A stretch of 25,321 nt of DNA from Candidatus Sumerlaeales bacterium (GCA_038243585.1 JBBSQY010000047.1:1-25321); one strand, 5' to 3'. Shown: positions 1 through 8,576, numbered from the stretch's first letter. A program made the numbers and translations. The notes: generated by a model from the letters alone, not told the origin.

Positions 1-76
1 AGCTGATATCTCGCTTAACGCCTGATAAGCCCGGAGTATTGTTAAAGCCGCTTTTGACTTTTCCCCTTCGCACAAT

Positions 77-107
77 AAAAAAAGCCGGGTACGAAACGTA
101 CCCGGCT
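77..107 (-). terminator. Intrinsic terminator of the OmpA-domain gene
   Basis: Perfect 11-bp stem AGCCGGGTACG/CGTACCCGGCT (83-93, 97-107) with a 3-nt loop. The A-run at 77-83 gives a U-tract on the minus strand, 30 nt past the stop at 138. Confidence 0.9.
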
Positions 108-137
108 CACATAATAAATCAGCTTCTGTGGAATTGA

Positions 138-2711
138 TCAGTATTGTTGTGACGGTGCTGCAGTTTCTACGACCTGGGCGCTGTAGAGATCGGTGACGTT
201 CTCAAACTCAACCCTCCGGTTGCGAGCTTTGCCGGCATCGCTGGCGTTATCTGCGATTGGGGCGCGCTCACCATAACCGACGATTATCAGTCGAGTTGGA
301 TCGATACCGAACTTCTGGACCAGATAGCTTTTTACGCTCCAGGCCCTCTGTTCGCTCAGGGTCTGGTTATACTCGTCGCTTCCGTCAGCATCCGTGTGTC
401 CTTCAACGTTAATGATTGAATCGGGCAACTCATCCACCAAAGCGGAACCGATGGCATCCAGTGTCGGGAAGCTATCCGGCTGAATCGCAAACTGATCGTA
501 CGCAAAGTGGACGGATCCTGTTACCAGAACGGGTCCTGCATAGCGTGATTCGTTTGGCTGACGCGGCCTTGAGAAGACTTCGACAACGCTTTCCACGCTT
601 GTGATCTGTTCAGGTACAGGGGGTGGCTGAGGTGGAGCCGGACGTGGAGGTGGTGGCGGAGCATCCAGCACGATGGCAGGAGGCGGAGCCGGCGGCGTAT
701 AAATCTGCGTCGTTTCAATGTTTATCCGCAGATCTGGACGTCCCTGACCAGGCAACACGACAACCTCGCTTGGATTGTAAAATCCATAGTCATCGTACGA
801 CTGCGTTGGAAGATAGTACCAGCCTGGAGGCGTAACGAAATCCGGCGGTGGCGTCCATTGGACGGGCACTACCCAGCCGCGCTGTGGGATGTAGGTCCAG
901 CCCCACTGCCGAAGCCGTGGAACCCATTCTTGTGGCGGATTCCAGCCTGGAGGAGGCGTCCAGCCGCCTGGTGGAACAAAGTTAGCAGGTGGATTCCAGC
1001 CTGTAGGTGGGTGCCAGCCGGGATAAGGCTGCCAGTTTGGTGGTGGCTGAAAGTTATCTGGTACTGGCGTGACGCCCGGAGGAATCGGAACCGGGGTGGA
1101 TCCCGGCGTTGGAGCCGGGGGTGGGGGTGGAGCAATATTGGTGTTTTGAAGCGTATTGTTGTTATTATTAATATTGTTGATCACGATCGGTTGCGGTGCG
1201 GGCGTAGGGGTCGGGGTCGCACCGGGTGGCGGTGCTCCCGGTCCGGTAATGGCTTCCGGCGCTATATATGGGGTCAGTTGCACCGTCGCGGGGTCCTTGC
1301 GCTCTCCCCGTTCAGAATTAGGGTTAAGAAGTCGTTCCGCCGCTTGGTTTAGCGAGCCTTCTTTCGCGTCGGTGGCATTAATAGGCTTCTGTCCGCCGAG
1401 CTCCTTACGCCGTTCTGCCCGGCGCTGTTGCTGCTTGGCCCGCTCCTCAGGAGTTACAGTGGCTACCGGCACTGCGGGAGGCGTCGCTCCTGCAGCCGGT
1501 GTGTCGCCTGCTGCTGGAGTTTCTCCCGGGGCTGGTGTTGCGCCCGGAGGCGTTGGCTTCGCACCAGGCGATGAAGACGGTGTTGCTGCGGAACCAGGTT
1601 CCGGTGTCTTAGCGGCCGGGTCACGTCCTGGCGGCGTTCCTGTCGGCGGCGTTGCAGTTTCGCCACTGGTCGGCGTTGGGGTGTTATCCCTGTTGCGGCG
1701 CAATCCTTCTGGCATATCGGTAGGCACGAATGGGGTCGCCTCTGGCGATGTTCCCGGTGTCTTGTCAGTGCCGGTCGGTGTCGGCCTGGTGCGTCCGCGC
1801 GGTATTCCGCCTGCTGATGGTGTCGTATCTGGTGTGGTTACAGATGGAGACGCGTCTGGAGTAGGTGACGTCCGTGGCGTAGGAGCTGCACTTTCTGAAG
1901 ACGGAGAAGGTGATGCTGCTGGGGTGCGCTCGGTAGCGGCTGACGGAGTTTCAATCACAGCCGGTGAAGGCGATGCGGCAGCAGCAGGAGTCGTCCTCGT
2001 AGCAGGAGACGCATCCGGAGTACCGCGGGGAGTAGTCTTTATAGCTGGTGAGGCATCAGGGCTGGCCGGGCTGGCATCGGGAGTTTTACCCGATTCAGGA
2101 CTTTTAATGGCACGCTGTAACAGTTCCTCGCCCGCCTGTGGTGTTGCGGTGGCCGACGGTGTATCGATTGAACGTACGCGTGGAGTTCCTTCGGAATCAG
2201 GCGTACTACCGACACGCACTCGTGGCGTTTCACCCGCGCCCGGTGTTTGCCCTACCCGCGTGCCGGGTGTTTGGCGCGTAACAGGGGACTTGGCGGCGTC
2301 AATCGGTTCCCCAGTTGTTGCTGGAGTGGTTGCAGCGTCTGGACGCCTGTTTATAGGTCTTTGTGGGATTTCTTGTTCGGAAGCGGATTCCGGAGCTGCG
2401 CCCGTTGCAGGCGATTTTGCAGGCTTATCTTGTGCATCTGCCGGAGCGACCGGGTTCTCACCGGGCCTCACTAATTGATCGGTAGCACCTGGCGTAGCAC
2501 CTGCTGGAGCAGTTTGACTTGTAGTCGGGCGAGCCCGGCGTTCCCTAAGATTCTCGGCAGCCCTGCCCGGGCGCTGCTGCTGACCTGCGGGGCGTTGGCC
2601 CAGTTCATCCGTAGGGGGGGCTTGCGGTATTTGTGGCTGCGACGCTGGTTGTGCCCAGGAAATTAGAGCCATGGCCGCAAACAGAGGTACTAGTGTCCAC
2701 TTTTTCATCAT
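138..2711 (-). CDS. Exported OmpA/MotB-family peptidoglycan-binding protein with a very long Pro/Thr/Ala-rich low-complexity N-terminal region
   Basis: 857 aa. Signal peptide MMKKWTLVPLFAAMALISWA. C-terminal OmpA_C motifs VHFAYDQ, INVEGHTDADGSDEYNQTLSEQRA, VGYGERAP, NRRVEF. AAGGAG RBS upstream and a terminator downstream. Confidence 0.9.
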   Translation of the reverse strand: MMKKWTLVPLFAAMALISWAQPASQPQIPQAPPTDELGQRPAGQQQRPGRAAENLRERRARPTTSQTAPAGATPGATDQLVRPGENPVAPADAQDKPAKSPATGAAPESASEQEIPQRPINRRPDAATTPATTGEPIDAAKSPVTRQTPGTRVGQTPGAGETPRVRVGSTPDSEGTPRVRSIDTPSATATPQAGEELLQRAIKSPESGKTPDASPASPDASPAIKTTPRGTPDASPATRTTPAAAASPSPAVIETPSAATERTPAASPSPSSESAAPTPRTSPTPDASPSVTTPDTTPSAGGIPRGRTRPTPTGTDKTPGTSPEATPFVPTDMPEGLRRNRDNTPTPTSGETATPPTGTPPGRDPAAKTPEPGSAATPSSSPGAKPTPPGATPAPGETPAAGDTPAAGATPPAVPVATVTPEERAKQQQRRAERRKELGGQKPINATDAKEGSLNQAAERLLNPNSERGERKDPATVQLTPYIAPEAITGPGAPPPGATPTPTPAPQPIVINNINNNNNTLQNTNIAPPPPPAPTPGSTPVPIPPGVTPVPDNFQPPPNWQPYPGWHPPTGWNPPANFVPPGGWTPPPGWNPPQEWVPRLRQWGWTYIPQRGWVVPVQWTPPPDFVTPPGWYYLPTQSYDDYGFYNPSEVVVLPGQGRPDLRINIETTQIYTPPAPPPAIVLDAPPPPPRPAPPQPPPVPEQITSVESVVEVFSRPRQPNESRYAGPVLVTGSVHFAYDQFAIQPDSFPTLDAIGSALVDELPDSIINVEGHTDADGSDEYNQTLSEQRAWSVKSYLVQKFGIDPTRLIIVGYGERAPIADNASDAGKARNRRVEFENVTDLYSAQVVETAAPSQQY
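815..1052 (-). repeat. Coding hexapeptide repeat (W/F)-x-P-P-x-x within the OmpA-domain protein
   Basis: FQPPPN WQPYPG WHPPTG WNPPAN FVPPGG WTPPPG WNPPQE WVP, then WTPPPD FVTPPG W: one aromatic residue every 6 residues. Confidence 0.8.
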
Positions 2712-2889
2712 TTTTACAGATACTCCTTCTTAGTAAATCAACCATTCTGTCATCAGCAAAACAGAAGCCAAACCATCAGGTGGTCCGAAATGGGCGCAAT
2801 TAAGTCTCACATTTCCATGGATTGTGCTGCGGATAAGGTTTTGCTTCATAATTTAAACAGACTTAATCACTGCAAATGGAGAAACCATT

Positions 2890-3666
2890 ATGGACGGAAG
2901 CAACGGCGGTATTATGATTACGGTGGCCTTGCTGGCCATTTATCTGCTATCCTGTGTGAAAATCCTACAGGAGTATGAACGGGCAGTGATTTTCCGTCTG
3001 GGCCGGCTTCTCTCGGAGAACAAAGGGCCGGGGATTATTTTTGTCTTTAAACCCATCGATTCAATGCAGCGCGTCAGTTTGCGTACCGTAGTTATGGATG
3101 TGGCACCGCAGGACGTGATTACCCGCGACAACGTGAGTGTGCAGGTTAACGCCGTGGTTTACTTTCAGGTGGTGGAGCCGAGCAAGGCTATCGTCGCGGT
3201 AGAGGATTTCCTGTTCGCCACTTCACAAATGGCGCAGACGACCCTGCGTAGCGTGCTGGGCCAACAGGAACTGGACGAGTTGCTCACCGAACGCGAAAAG
3301 CTGAACATGGAACTGCAGGAGATCCTGGACCGGCAGACTGAGCCTTGGGGCGTGAAAGTCACCGCAGTGGAAATAAAGAAAGTGGACCTGCCGCACGAGA
3401 TGCAACGCGCCATGGCTCGCCAGGCTGAAGCGGAGCGCGAACGCCGCGCCAAAGTCATTAACGCCGAAGGCGAGTATCAGAGCGCGGAAAAGCTGGTAAT
3501 GGCCGCAGAGATGATGAGCGAACACCCCATGTCCATGCAGATGAAATACCTTCAGGCCTTGGTGGAAATATCGGCGGAAAACAGCACCACCATTGTTTTC
3601 CCGCTGCCGCTGGATCTGTTAAAAGGTCTGGGAGTCGATCTGACGGGGAACAAGCCAAAGGTTTAA
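2890..3666 (+). CDS. Stomatin-like SPFH/band 7 (slipin) membrane protein
   Basis: 258 aa. N-terminal TM helix, then [54 protein letters not shown] and [22 protein letters not shown], all typical stomatin signatures. Confidence 0.95.
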   Translation: MDGSNGGIMITVALLAIYLLSCVKILQEYERAVIFRLGRLLSENKGPGIIFVFKPIDSMQRVSLRTVVMDVAPQDVITRDNVSVQVNAVVYFQVVEPSKAIVAVEDFLFATSQMAQTTLRSVLGQQELDELLTEREKLNMELQEILDRQTEPWGVKVTAVEIKKVDLPHEMQRAMARQAEAERERRAKVINAEGEYQSAEKLVMAAEMMSEHPMSMQMKYLQALVEISAENSTTIVFPLPLDLLKGLGVDLTGNKPKV

Positions 3667-3673
3667 CATCTTT

Positions 3674-3700
3674 GCGGGCGGGCGCTAAGTCCCCGCCCGC
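3674..3700. terminator. GC-rich hairpin between convergent genes (possible terminator or 3'-end stabiliser)
   Basis: GCGGGCGGG-(9 nt)-CCCGCCCGC perfect 9-bp stem between the stops at 3666 (+) and 3744 (-). No clear U-tract on either strand. Confidence 0.5.
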
Positions 3701-3743
3701 GTTGTGCATTCAGCCTGGACGGATTACGGACAGTGCGCCCGTT

Positions 3744-5558
3744 CTACATCATTTCGAGAGAAACCGTCGTGGGCCTCTCGCGTTGGGGCGCGGGGTTTTT
3801 GTGGCGCACGCGGTGGATGTCTTCGTTGAAATTAAAATGCGGATCGTTCTGGGGGTCATGGCATTGCATACAGAAATTCGCATCCCAGGTCATACGCAGG
3901 TCCTGGGTCATTGGCGGGACGGGTTTGCCTTCCCGTTTTAATACCTCGGCAGCGCGCATCTCCTTGACGTGGGCGTCCGCTGGCCCGTGGCAGACCTCGC
4001 ATTGCACGTTGGCCAGGTTTGCCGTCACCCGCAGATCCGTAAACCCGCCTGGCATTTTATAGGCGACCGTGTGGCATTTGAGGCAGTCAGGATTAAAGTG
4101 CATATTCTTTTCTACCAGCGTCTTCATGGCAATGCTGTGCTTATGGCTCTTCCACTGGTCATGAGCGCTGCCATGACAGGTTTTGCAACTGCTCACGCCC
4201 GCATAAATTTTTTCTGAAAGCTCACCTGCTGTTTTCTCCACCGGAAGTGCTGCGGTGTCCTCTGAAAAGTTCCGGATAAACTGCGTGTACTCTGGCAAAG
4301 GCTCGATGCTCTGCAAGATCGGCAGCATATCGACGTCCGGCGGCAGGGCGCGGTTTTTTCCAGATCCCGGCGGCACCTCCACGATTCCCAGGTACTTGCC
4401 GTCGTGGTCTCCGCCAATAACCAGGGGACCTTCAGGAGTCGGTTTCACCGGTTCAACACGACCAATATAATCCGCCGCAATAATTAAATCGTATTCCGGC
4501 AGGAACTTTGCCATTTCCACGGCTGCCTCTACGCTGGTATAGGCGAGTAGAACGAGATAATCATGGTCGGCCGACAGCCGCTTTCCCAGCTCCTGCGCGG
4601 CGGGCAGTGGTTCGTTCACGCGGTAAGGCGCGAAGGTTGTGGATGTCAGGCCGTCTGCGTCATCGACCGCAAACTGGACCGCCTCCGGCATGGATCCGCC
4701 GGGTCCAGCGATTGGCGCTGCTCCGCCCGCGCCGTCGTTTTCTGAATGCACATCGAAGGGCAACCAGGGAACTTTTCCGTTGGTTTCCGCGATCATCCAT
4801 CGTGACGGAGATACGGGACCTACTTGACTGCTTCCTGCCGAAACGGGGGCGGCCTGCGTCGCGGGGTCGCGGCTGGTATCCCGGGTTTTGGCCGTCACTC
4901 CCACCACCGCCACTTTTGTCGTGCCGCCACCGGCCAAGGCGACATTAAGGCTTTTGTGAGAGCCGAAGACCGGCAGGCCGGTGCCGGCGTCTACAATATT
5001 GGCTGAAATAAAAGGAAGGTCAAATTTGCTTTCCAGAAGCTTAAGAGTGGCCATGCCCTGGGCTAAATCTGGAAACCCAATATTGATCGCCTGGCAGTTG
5101 AGGGCCGAAAGGGCGTCCATTATATGCCAGGTTTGCAGGCGCATACTGGGGCCGGCAAATTCCCGGAAAAAGCCCCCAGCTTCCAGGTATAAAGTATTGG
5201 GATTGGCCGCGCGAATGGACTGCACCATGGCCGCCTCTTTGTCGATGCCGCCCAGGTTTAATGCCCGACAACCGCATGGTTCCATACGGCTGCCGCGACA
5301 GCCATTGTAGAGGAGGGTCAGGCCGTCAGGGTGTTTCAGTTTGTACTGAAAAGGTTTCGTGACGGTTGTCGTGCTGGCCGCCTGCTGAGAAAAAGTGCTG
5401 AGCAGGTCGGCGGTTTCCGTCTGGACTATGACGCTGGACACGGGGCTCGCGGCTAGCCCCGCCATAGGCGTGAAAATGTTGGCGATGAAGAGAAGCGACC
5501 ACGTCGCCTTGTGGGTGAAGCTCATTTCAAGCCCGGTCATAGAAAATTTGTCTGTCAC
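3744..5558 (-). CDS. Exported UshA/5'-nucleotidase-like (degenerate metallophosphoesterase) domain fused to a C-terminal tetraheme cytochrome c (c554-like) domain
   Basis: Four CxxCH motifs (CKTCH, CLKCH, CEVCH, CMQCH). N-terminal EPCGC..LGGIDK, LYLEAGGFF, PFISANI and KVAVVGVT match the UshA-like fold. Signal peptide-like N-terminus. The true start may be the ATG at 5540 or 5525 rather than the GTG at 5558. Confidence 0.85.
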   Translation of the reverse strand: MTDKFSMTGLEMSFTHKATWSLLFIANIFTPMAGLAASPVSSVIVQTETADLLSTFSQQAASTTTVTKPFQYKLKHPDGLTLLYNGCRGSRMEPCGCRALNLGGIDKEAAMVQSIRAANPNTLYLEAGGFFREFAGPSMRLQTWHIMDALSALNCQAINIGFPDLAQGMATLKLLESKFDLPFISANIVDAGTGLPVFGSHKSLNVALAGGGTTKVAVVGVTAKTRDTSRDPATQAAPVSAGSSQVGPVSPSRWMIAETNGKVPWLPFDVHSENDGAGGAAPIAGPGGSMPEAVQFAVDDADGLTSTTFAPYRVNEPLPAAQELGKRLSADHDYLVLLAYTSVEAAVEMAKFLPEYDLIIAADYIGRVEPVKPTPEGPLVIGGDHDGKYLGIVEVPPGSGKNRALPPDVDMLPILQSIEPLPEYTQFIRNFSEDTAALPVEKTAGELSEKIYAGVSSCKTCHGSAHDQWKSHKHSIAMKTLVEKNMHFNPDCLKCHTVAYKMPGGFTDLRVTANLANVQCEVCHGPADAHVKEMRAAEVLKREGKPVPPMTQDLRMTWDANFCMQCHDPQNDPHFNFNEDIHRVRHKNPAPQRERPTTVSLEMM

Positions 5559-5683
5559 CAGCCGATTAAAGAATCAATCGTGAAGTGACCTTCAAAAGAA
5601 TTGAAAGTTGCTGTCGATAATCTATGGAACCAGCCACTTCCACTCCGGTAACAAATGATTCTGCCTGAGCGGATGTGCTCCCG

Positions 5684-6625
5684 TCAGTCCTCGTTTTGAT
5701 ATCGTATGCGAGGGTCGGCCCAGGCGTAGGCGATATCCACCAGGAAATTGATAGACACGAAAACAATCGTTGTCACCAGCACCCCGGCCATAATGACAGG
5801 CATATCCCTGAACTCGATCGCCTTGCGCAGCAGAAAGCCGATGCCCGGCCACTGGAATACGCTTTCAACCAGGATTGCGCCGGTCACGTAATCGGCAAAG
5901 TTAAGGCCGACAACGGTTATGATGGGGATTAAGGCGTTTCTCATGAGATGACGACCGATCACAACCCGCTCGGCCACGCCCTTTGCCCTGGCGGTGCGTA
6001 AAAAATCCGCATCAGCCACCTCCAGCACCGCCGACCGGGTCATGCGAGAGAGGTACGCAATGCTGCGCGATCCGAGGGCGACCGCCGGCAATAGAAGGAA
6101 ACGTATATCCATTCCTTCACCAAAACCGGTTCCGCCAAAATGCCTGTAGCCCACAGCAACCGCAAGGATGATAAGACCTATTCCGACCACGAAAACCGGT
6201 GTGGAAATCCCCATGAGGGCTACGGCAAGGATGGCCTTGTCGATCCACGTGCCCTTAAACAAAGCGCCTGCTATTCCCATGGATACTCCAAGGGTTACAG
6301 ATAGCATGAACGCTGCAATGCCCAGTTTTAGCGTGTTGGCAAACGCATCGGCGACCATTTCCATTACTGGTGTTGTCTGGAATCGCCAGCTGTTACCAAG
6401 GTCGCCCGTGACAGCACCTTTTAAAAACAACGCAAATTGTTTCCATGCCGGCTCATCGAGGTGCCACTCTGCCCTCAAACGCGAGCGAACCTCTTCGCTG
6501 ATGCGGTCGCCCATCATCGCCGTTGGGTCGCCGGGGATCAGGCGCATTATTAGGAACGTGAGCAGCGTTACACCCAGCAACGTGGGTATCATCTGCAGTA
6601 GTCGTTTGATGGTGTAGGTGAGCAT
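5684..6625 (-). CDS. Peptide/nickel ABC transporter permease, OppB/DppB family
   Basis: 313 aa. MLTYTIKRLL..IPTLLGV, IPGDP, GDLGNSW, EAA-like loop FLRTARAKGVAERVVIGRHLMRNALIP, VESVFQWPGIG, and DPRIRY at the C-terminus. Confidence 0.95.
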   Translation of the reverse strand: MLTYTIKRLLQMIPTLLGVTLLTFLIMRLIPGDPTAMMGDRISEEVRSRLRAEWHLDEPAWKQFALFLKGAVTGDLGNSWRFQTTPVMEMVADAFANTLKLGIAAFMLSVTLGVSMGIAGALFKGTWIDKAILAVALMGISTPVFVVGIGLIILAVAVGYRHFGGTGFGEGMDIRFLLLPAVALGSRSIAYLSRMTRSAVLEVADADFLRTARAKGVAERVVIGRHLMRNALIPIITVVGLNFADYVTGAILVESVFQWPGIGFLLRKAIEFRDMPVIMAGVLVTTIVFVSINFLVDIAYAWADPRIRYQNED

Positions 6626-6681
6626 TATCTAAAGGTTGGACACGTACTAAGTTCCTGTGAGACATACTTGGTACAGCGGGA

Positions 6682-6689
6682 ATTATAAT
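6682..6689. promoter_or_regulatory. Palindromic ATTATAAT: overlapping consensus -10 hexamers on both strands (candidate bidirectional promoter)
   Basis: TATAAT at 6684-6689 (+) and 6687-6682 (-) in the 92-nt gap between divergent genes. The -35 matches are poor. Confidence 0.45.
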
Positions 6690-6717
6690 CCCTCATCTCA
6701 ATAGCGGCTAATAAACC

Positions 6718-7185
6718 ATGAATCGGGACGCATCTAGCCAAAAAAATCGTCCGGAACCGCTTCCGCTGGACCTGGAAACCGCCCCTGACGAACCCGCCAG
6801 GCCTCTGGGAGATCGTGTATATGTGGGCGGGGTTCTGTATGTCGAAGGATTGGTTGTTTTTTTTATGGGGCTCACGCTTTTGAGCACTTATTGGCCGCCC
6901 ATTGTGGCTCATGGAAAACCGGCCAATCCCGTGAGCCAGCTCGGACTGTGGATGGCAGGCCTGGCCCTGCTATACATGGTGGTGGTTGGCATCGCAATAT
7001 TTGTTTATAATCTGGCCCGCCCGGCTACCGTTCCCCCTGAGATAATATCAAAGGAGCCAGGGGCTGTATCCCGCGCGAGACGCTACGCGTGTATGAAGAG
7101 GAAAACCCGGTATATTTTTGACAACACTATCTGTTGCGAATCCGACGCCGAAGACGCCATTCGGGCTAGGGATCTTTACCTCTAG
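6718..7185 (+). CDS. Hypothetical membrane protein (2 predicted TM helices)
   Basis: 155-aa ATG ORF filling the gap between oppB-like and DUF378. Hydrophobic stretches VYVGGVLYVEGLVVFFMGLTLLSTYW and LGLWMAGLALLYMVVVGIAIFVY. Confidence 0.7.
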   Translation: MNRDASSQKNRPEPLPLDLETAPDEPARPLGDRVYVGGVLYVEGLVVFFMGLTLLSTYWPPIVAHGKPANPVSQLGLWMAGLALLYMVVVGIAIFVYNLARPATVPPEIISKEPGAVSRARRYACMKRKTRYIFDNTICCESDAEDAIRARDLYL

Positions 7186-7186
7186 C

Positions 7187-7223
7187 AAAAAAAACAGCCG
7201 GCCCCCATTTGGAGAACCGGCTG
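7187..7223 (-). terminator. Intrinsic terminator of the DUF378 gene
   Basis: On the minus strand CAGCCGGTTCTCC-AAAT-GGGGGCCGGCTG followed by T8, about 20 nt after the stop at 7242. Confidence 0.8.
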
Positions 7224-7241
7224 ATGGTTACTTAACAAGCT

Positions 7242-7490
7242 TTAACGAACGGTCGTATTTGCGTCCGCGTTGAGATGATGCGTGTCCGTATGGCGACGCC
7301 CCATTACCACTGGGAAAATTGTCAGTGCTGCAACGCCGGCCAAGCCTACCAGGATGTATACAATGCGGGCCAGCAACGACCCGTCACCGAATAACAAGGC
7401 CACCAAATCCAGATTCATCAGGCCTACAAGACCCCAGTTAATCGCACCTACTATTATCAGTACCAGCGAAATCGTACGTAAAAGACTCAT
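7242..7490 (-). CDS. DUF378 (YuzA-like) small membrane protein
   Basis: 82 aa. LVLIIVGAINWGLVGL.NLDLVALLFG..SLLARIVYILVGLAG is the DUF378 signature. AAGGAG RBS. Confidence 0.92.
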   Translation of the reverse strand: MSLLRTISLVLIIVGAINWGLVGLMNLDLVALLFGDGSLLARIVYILVGLAGVAALTIFPVVMGRRHTDTHHLNADANTTVR

Positions 7491-7634
7491 TTGTTTCTCC
7501 TTCGTGCGCTGCTGATTGCCGGAGGCTCATCATGCCAGCTGCACATGTATTTTTGAAATTATTTCTAAATTGTTGTTCAGTGCAAAAGGCAGGCCAAATC
7601 TTCTTTCGACGTCAGTTGGCGTGAAAAAAAAGCC

Positions 7635-8516
7635 TTAGTCGTAGATATGCCAGTTATCCGCATCCGTGTAACCAGCTATGATTGTTGCTGTGATGGAATT
7701 TGTGGGTCGGCTTCCTACATTAACTACGAACCCGCCGGTGCCTCTTAACATCTCAGGTAAAACGACTGTTATTTCCCGGGACGTCCAGCTAATGACGTCG
7801 GTTAATAATGTCCCATCGAATGTTACGCTCTTGTTTGAGGCCGGGCCGCCAAAATTAAAGCCCCGCAGGATCACTGTAGCCCCCGCTTTTACATCATAAA
7901 TTGGCGGCGCCTGGGGGGAGGAGGTAAGGGTAACGCCGGTTCCGCGCAGGCTGGTGAGGCGACTTGATGTGACGCCAGCTCCGAAGACGAAGGGAATATC
8001 ATCACTGCTCATGACGCGGTCCGGGCCCAGGGAAACGATGGTATACCGGTCAAAGCGGTCTGCATACAGTTCCTGGGTTATGGTCCCCTGATCCCCTCGT
8101 ACCAGTCCGAAGGGGTTGAACAAATAATAAGGCGTGCCCCACGGGTCGAGAGGGCTACCCTGATCGTAAGGGGTCAGCCCGGTCTGGGTTCTGCCCTGCT
8201 GAAAGTTGACATAGGGCCCCCTCCATGGATTGGGGCCCAATGTCAGATCTTTGCGCGGAAGGAAAAAACCGTCTTGCGGGATTATCGTGTACGGCCCGCC
8301 CTGATCCCTGATGGAATCGAAAGGATTCGTGGTGTTGGATGCGGAAACATCATTAAGGTTTTCCAGCGAGACGTACCGGGTGGTGTCCAGCGCAACAAGT
8401 TCAAGGGCCTGGGCCATGTTGCGCATATCCGCCAGGGCAACAGTTTCGTTGCCCTGGCCCGCTGCAATCCCGGGCAAGAGTAATAAGGCTGCGCTAAGTT
8501 TTGAAATTTTAACCAT
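7635..8516 (-). CDS. Secreted protein: GspG (T2SS major pseudopilin)-like globular domain plus C-terminal IPT/TIG domain
   Basis: ALADMRNMAQALELVALDTTRY, WRGPYV, PLDPWGTPYY and YTIVSLGPDRVMSSDDI match T2SSG motifs. GATVILRGFNFG..SVTFDG..VISWTSREITVVLP..G.FVVNVG..TN matches IPT/TIG. Sec-type signal peptide. Confidence 0.75.
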   Translation of the reverse strand: MVKISKLSAALLLLPGIAAGQGNETVALADMRNMAQALELVALDTTRYVSLENLNDVSASNTTNPFDSIRDQGGPYTIIPQDGFFLPRKDLTLGPNPWRGPYVNFQQGRTQTGLTPYDQGSPLDPWGTPYYLFNPFGLVRGDQGTITQELYADRFDRYTIVSLGPDRVMSSDDIPFVFGAGVTSSRLTSLRGTGVTLTSSPQAPPIYDVKAGATVILRGFNFGGPASNKSVTFDGTLLTDVISWTSREITVVLPEMLRGTGGFVVNVGSRPTNSITATIIAGYTDADNWHIYD

Positions 8517-8576
8517 GGATAAACTTCCAAATCTTATATCGCAGCATAATTCATGCTAGAGGACCGTCGTTTGAGG

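Noticed and set aside
1156..2478. 440-aa plus-strand ORF rich in Gly/Val/Ala
   Set aside because: Antisense shadow of the Pro/Thr/Ala-rich OmpA stalk. It has no ATG start with RBS and no motif, while the minus-strand gene has a signal peptide, domain and terminator.
2890..3666. Stomatin gene lacking an adjacent nfeD partner
   Set aside because: Stand-alone SPFH genes are common, so this is not informative by itself.
5268..5276. Selenocysteine in the UshA-like CGC motif
   Set aside because: The codons read TGC GGT TGT on the minus strand, so both residues are ordinary Cys.
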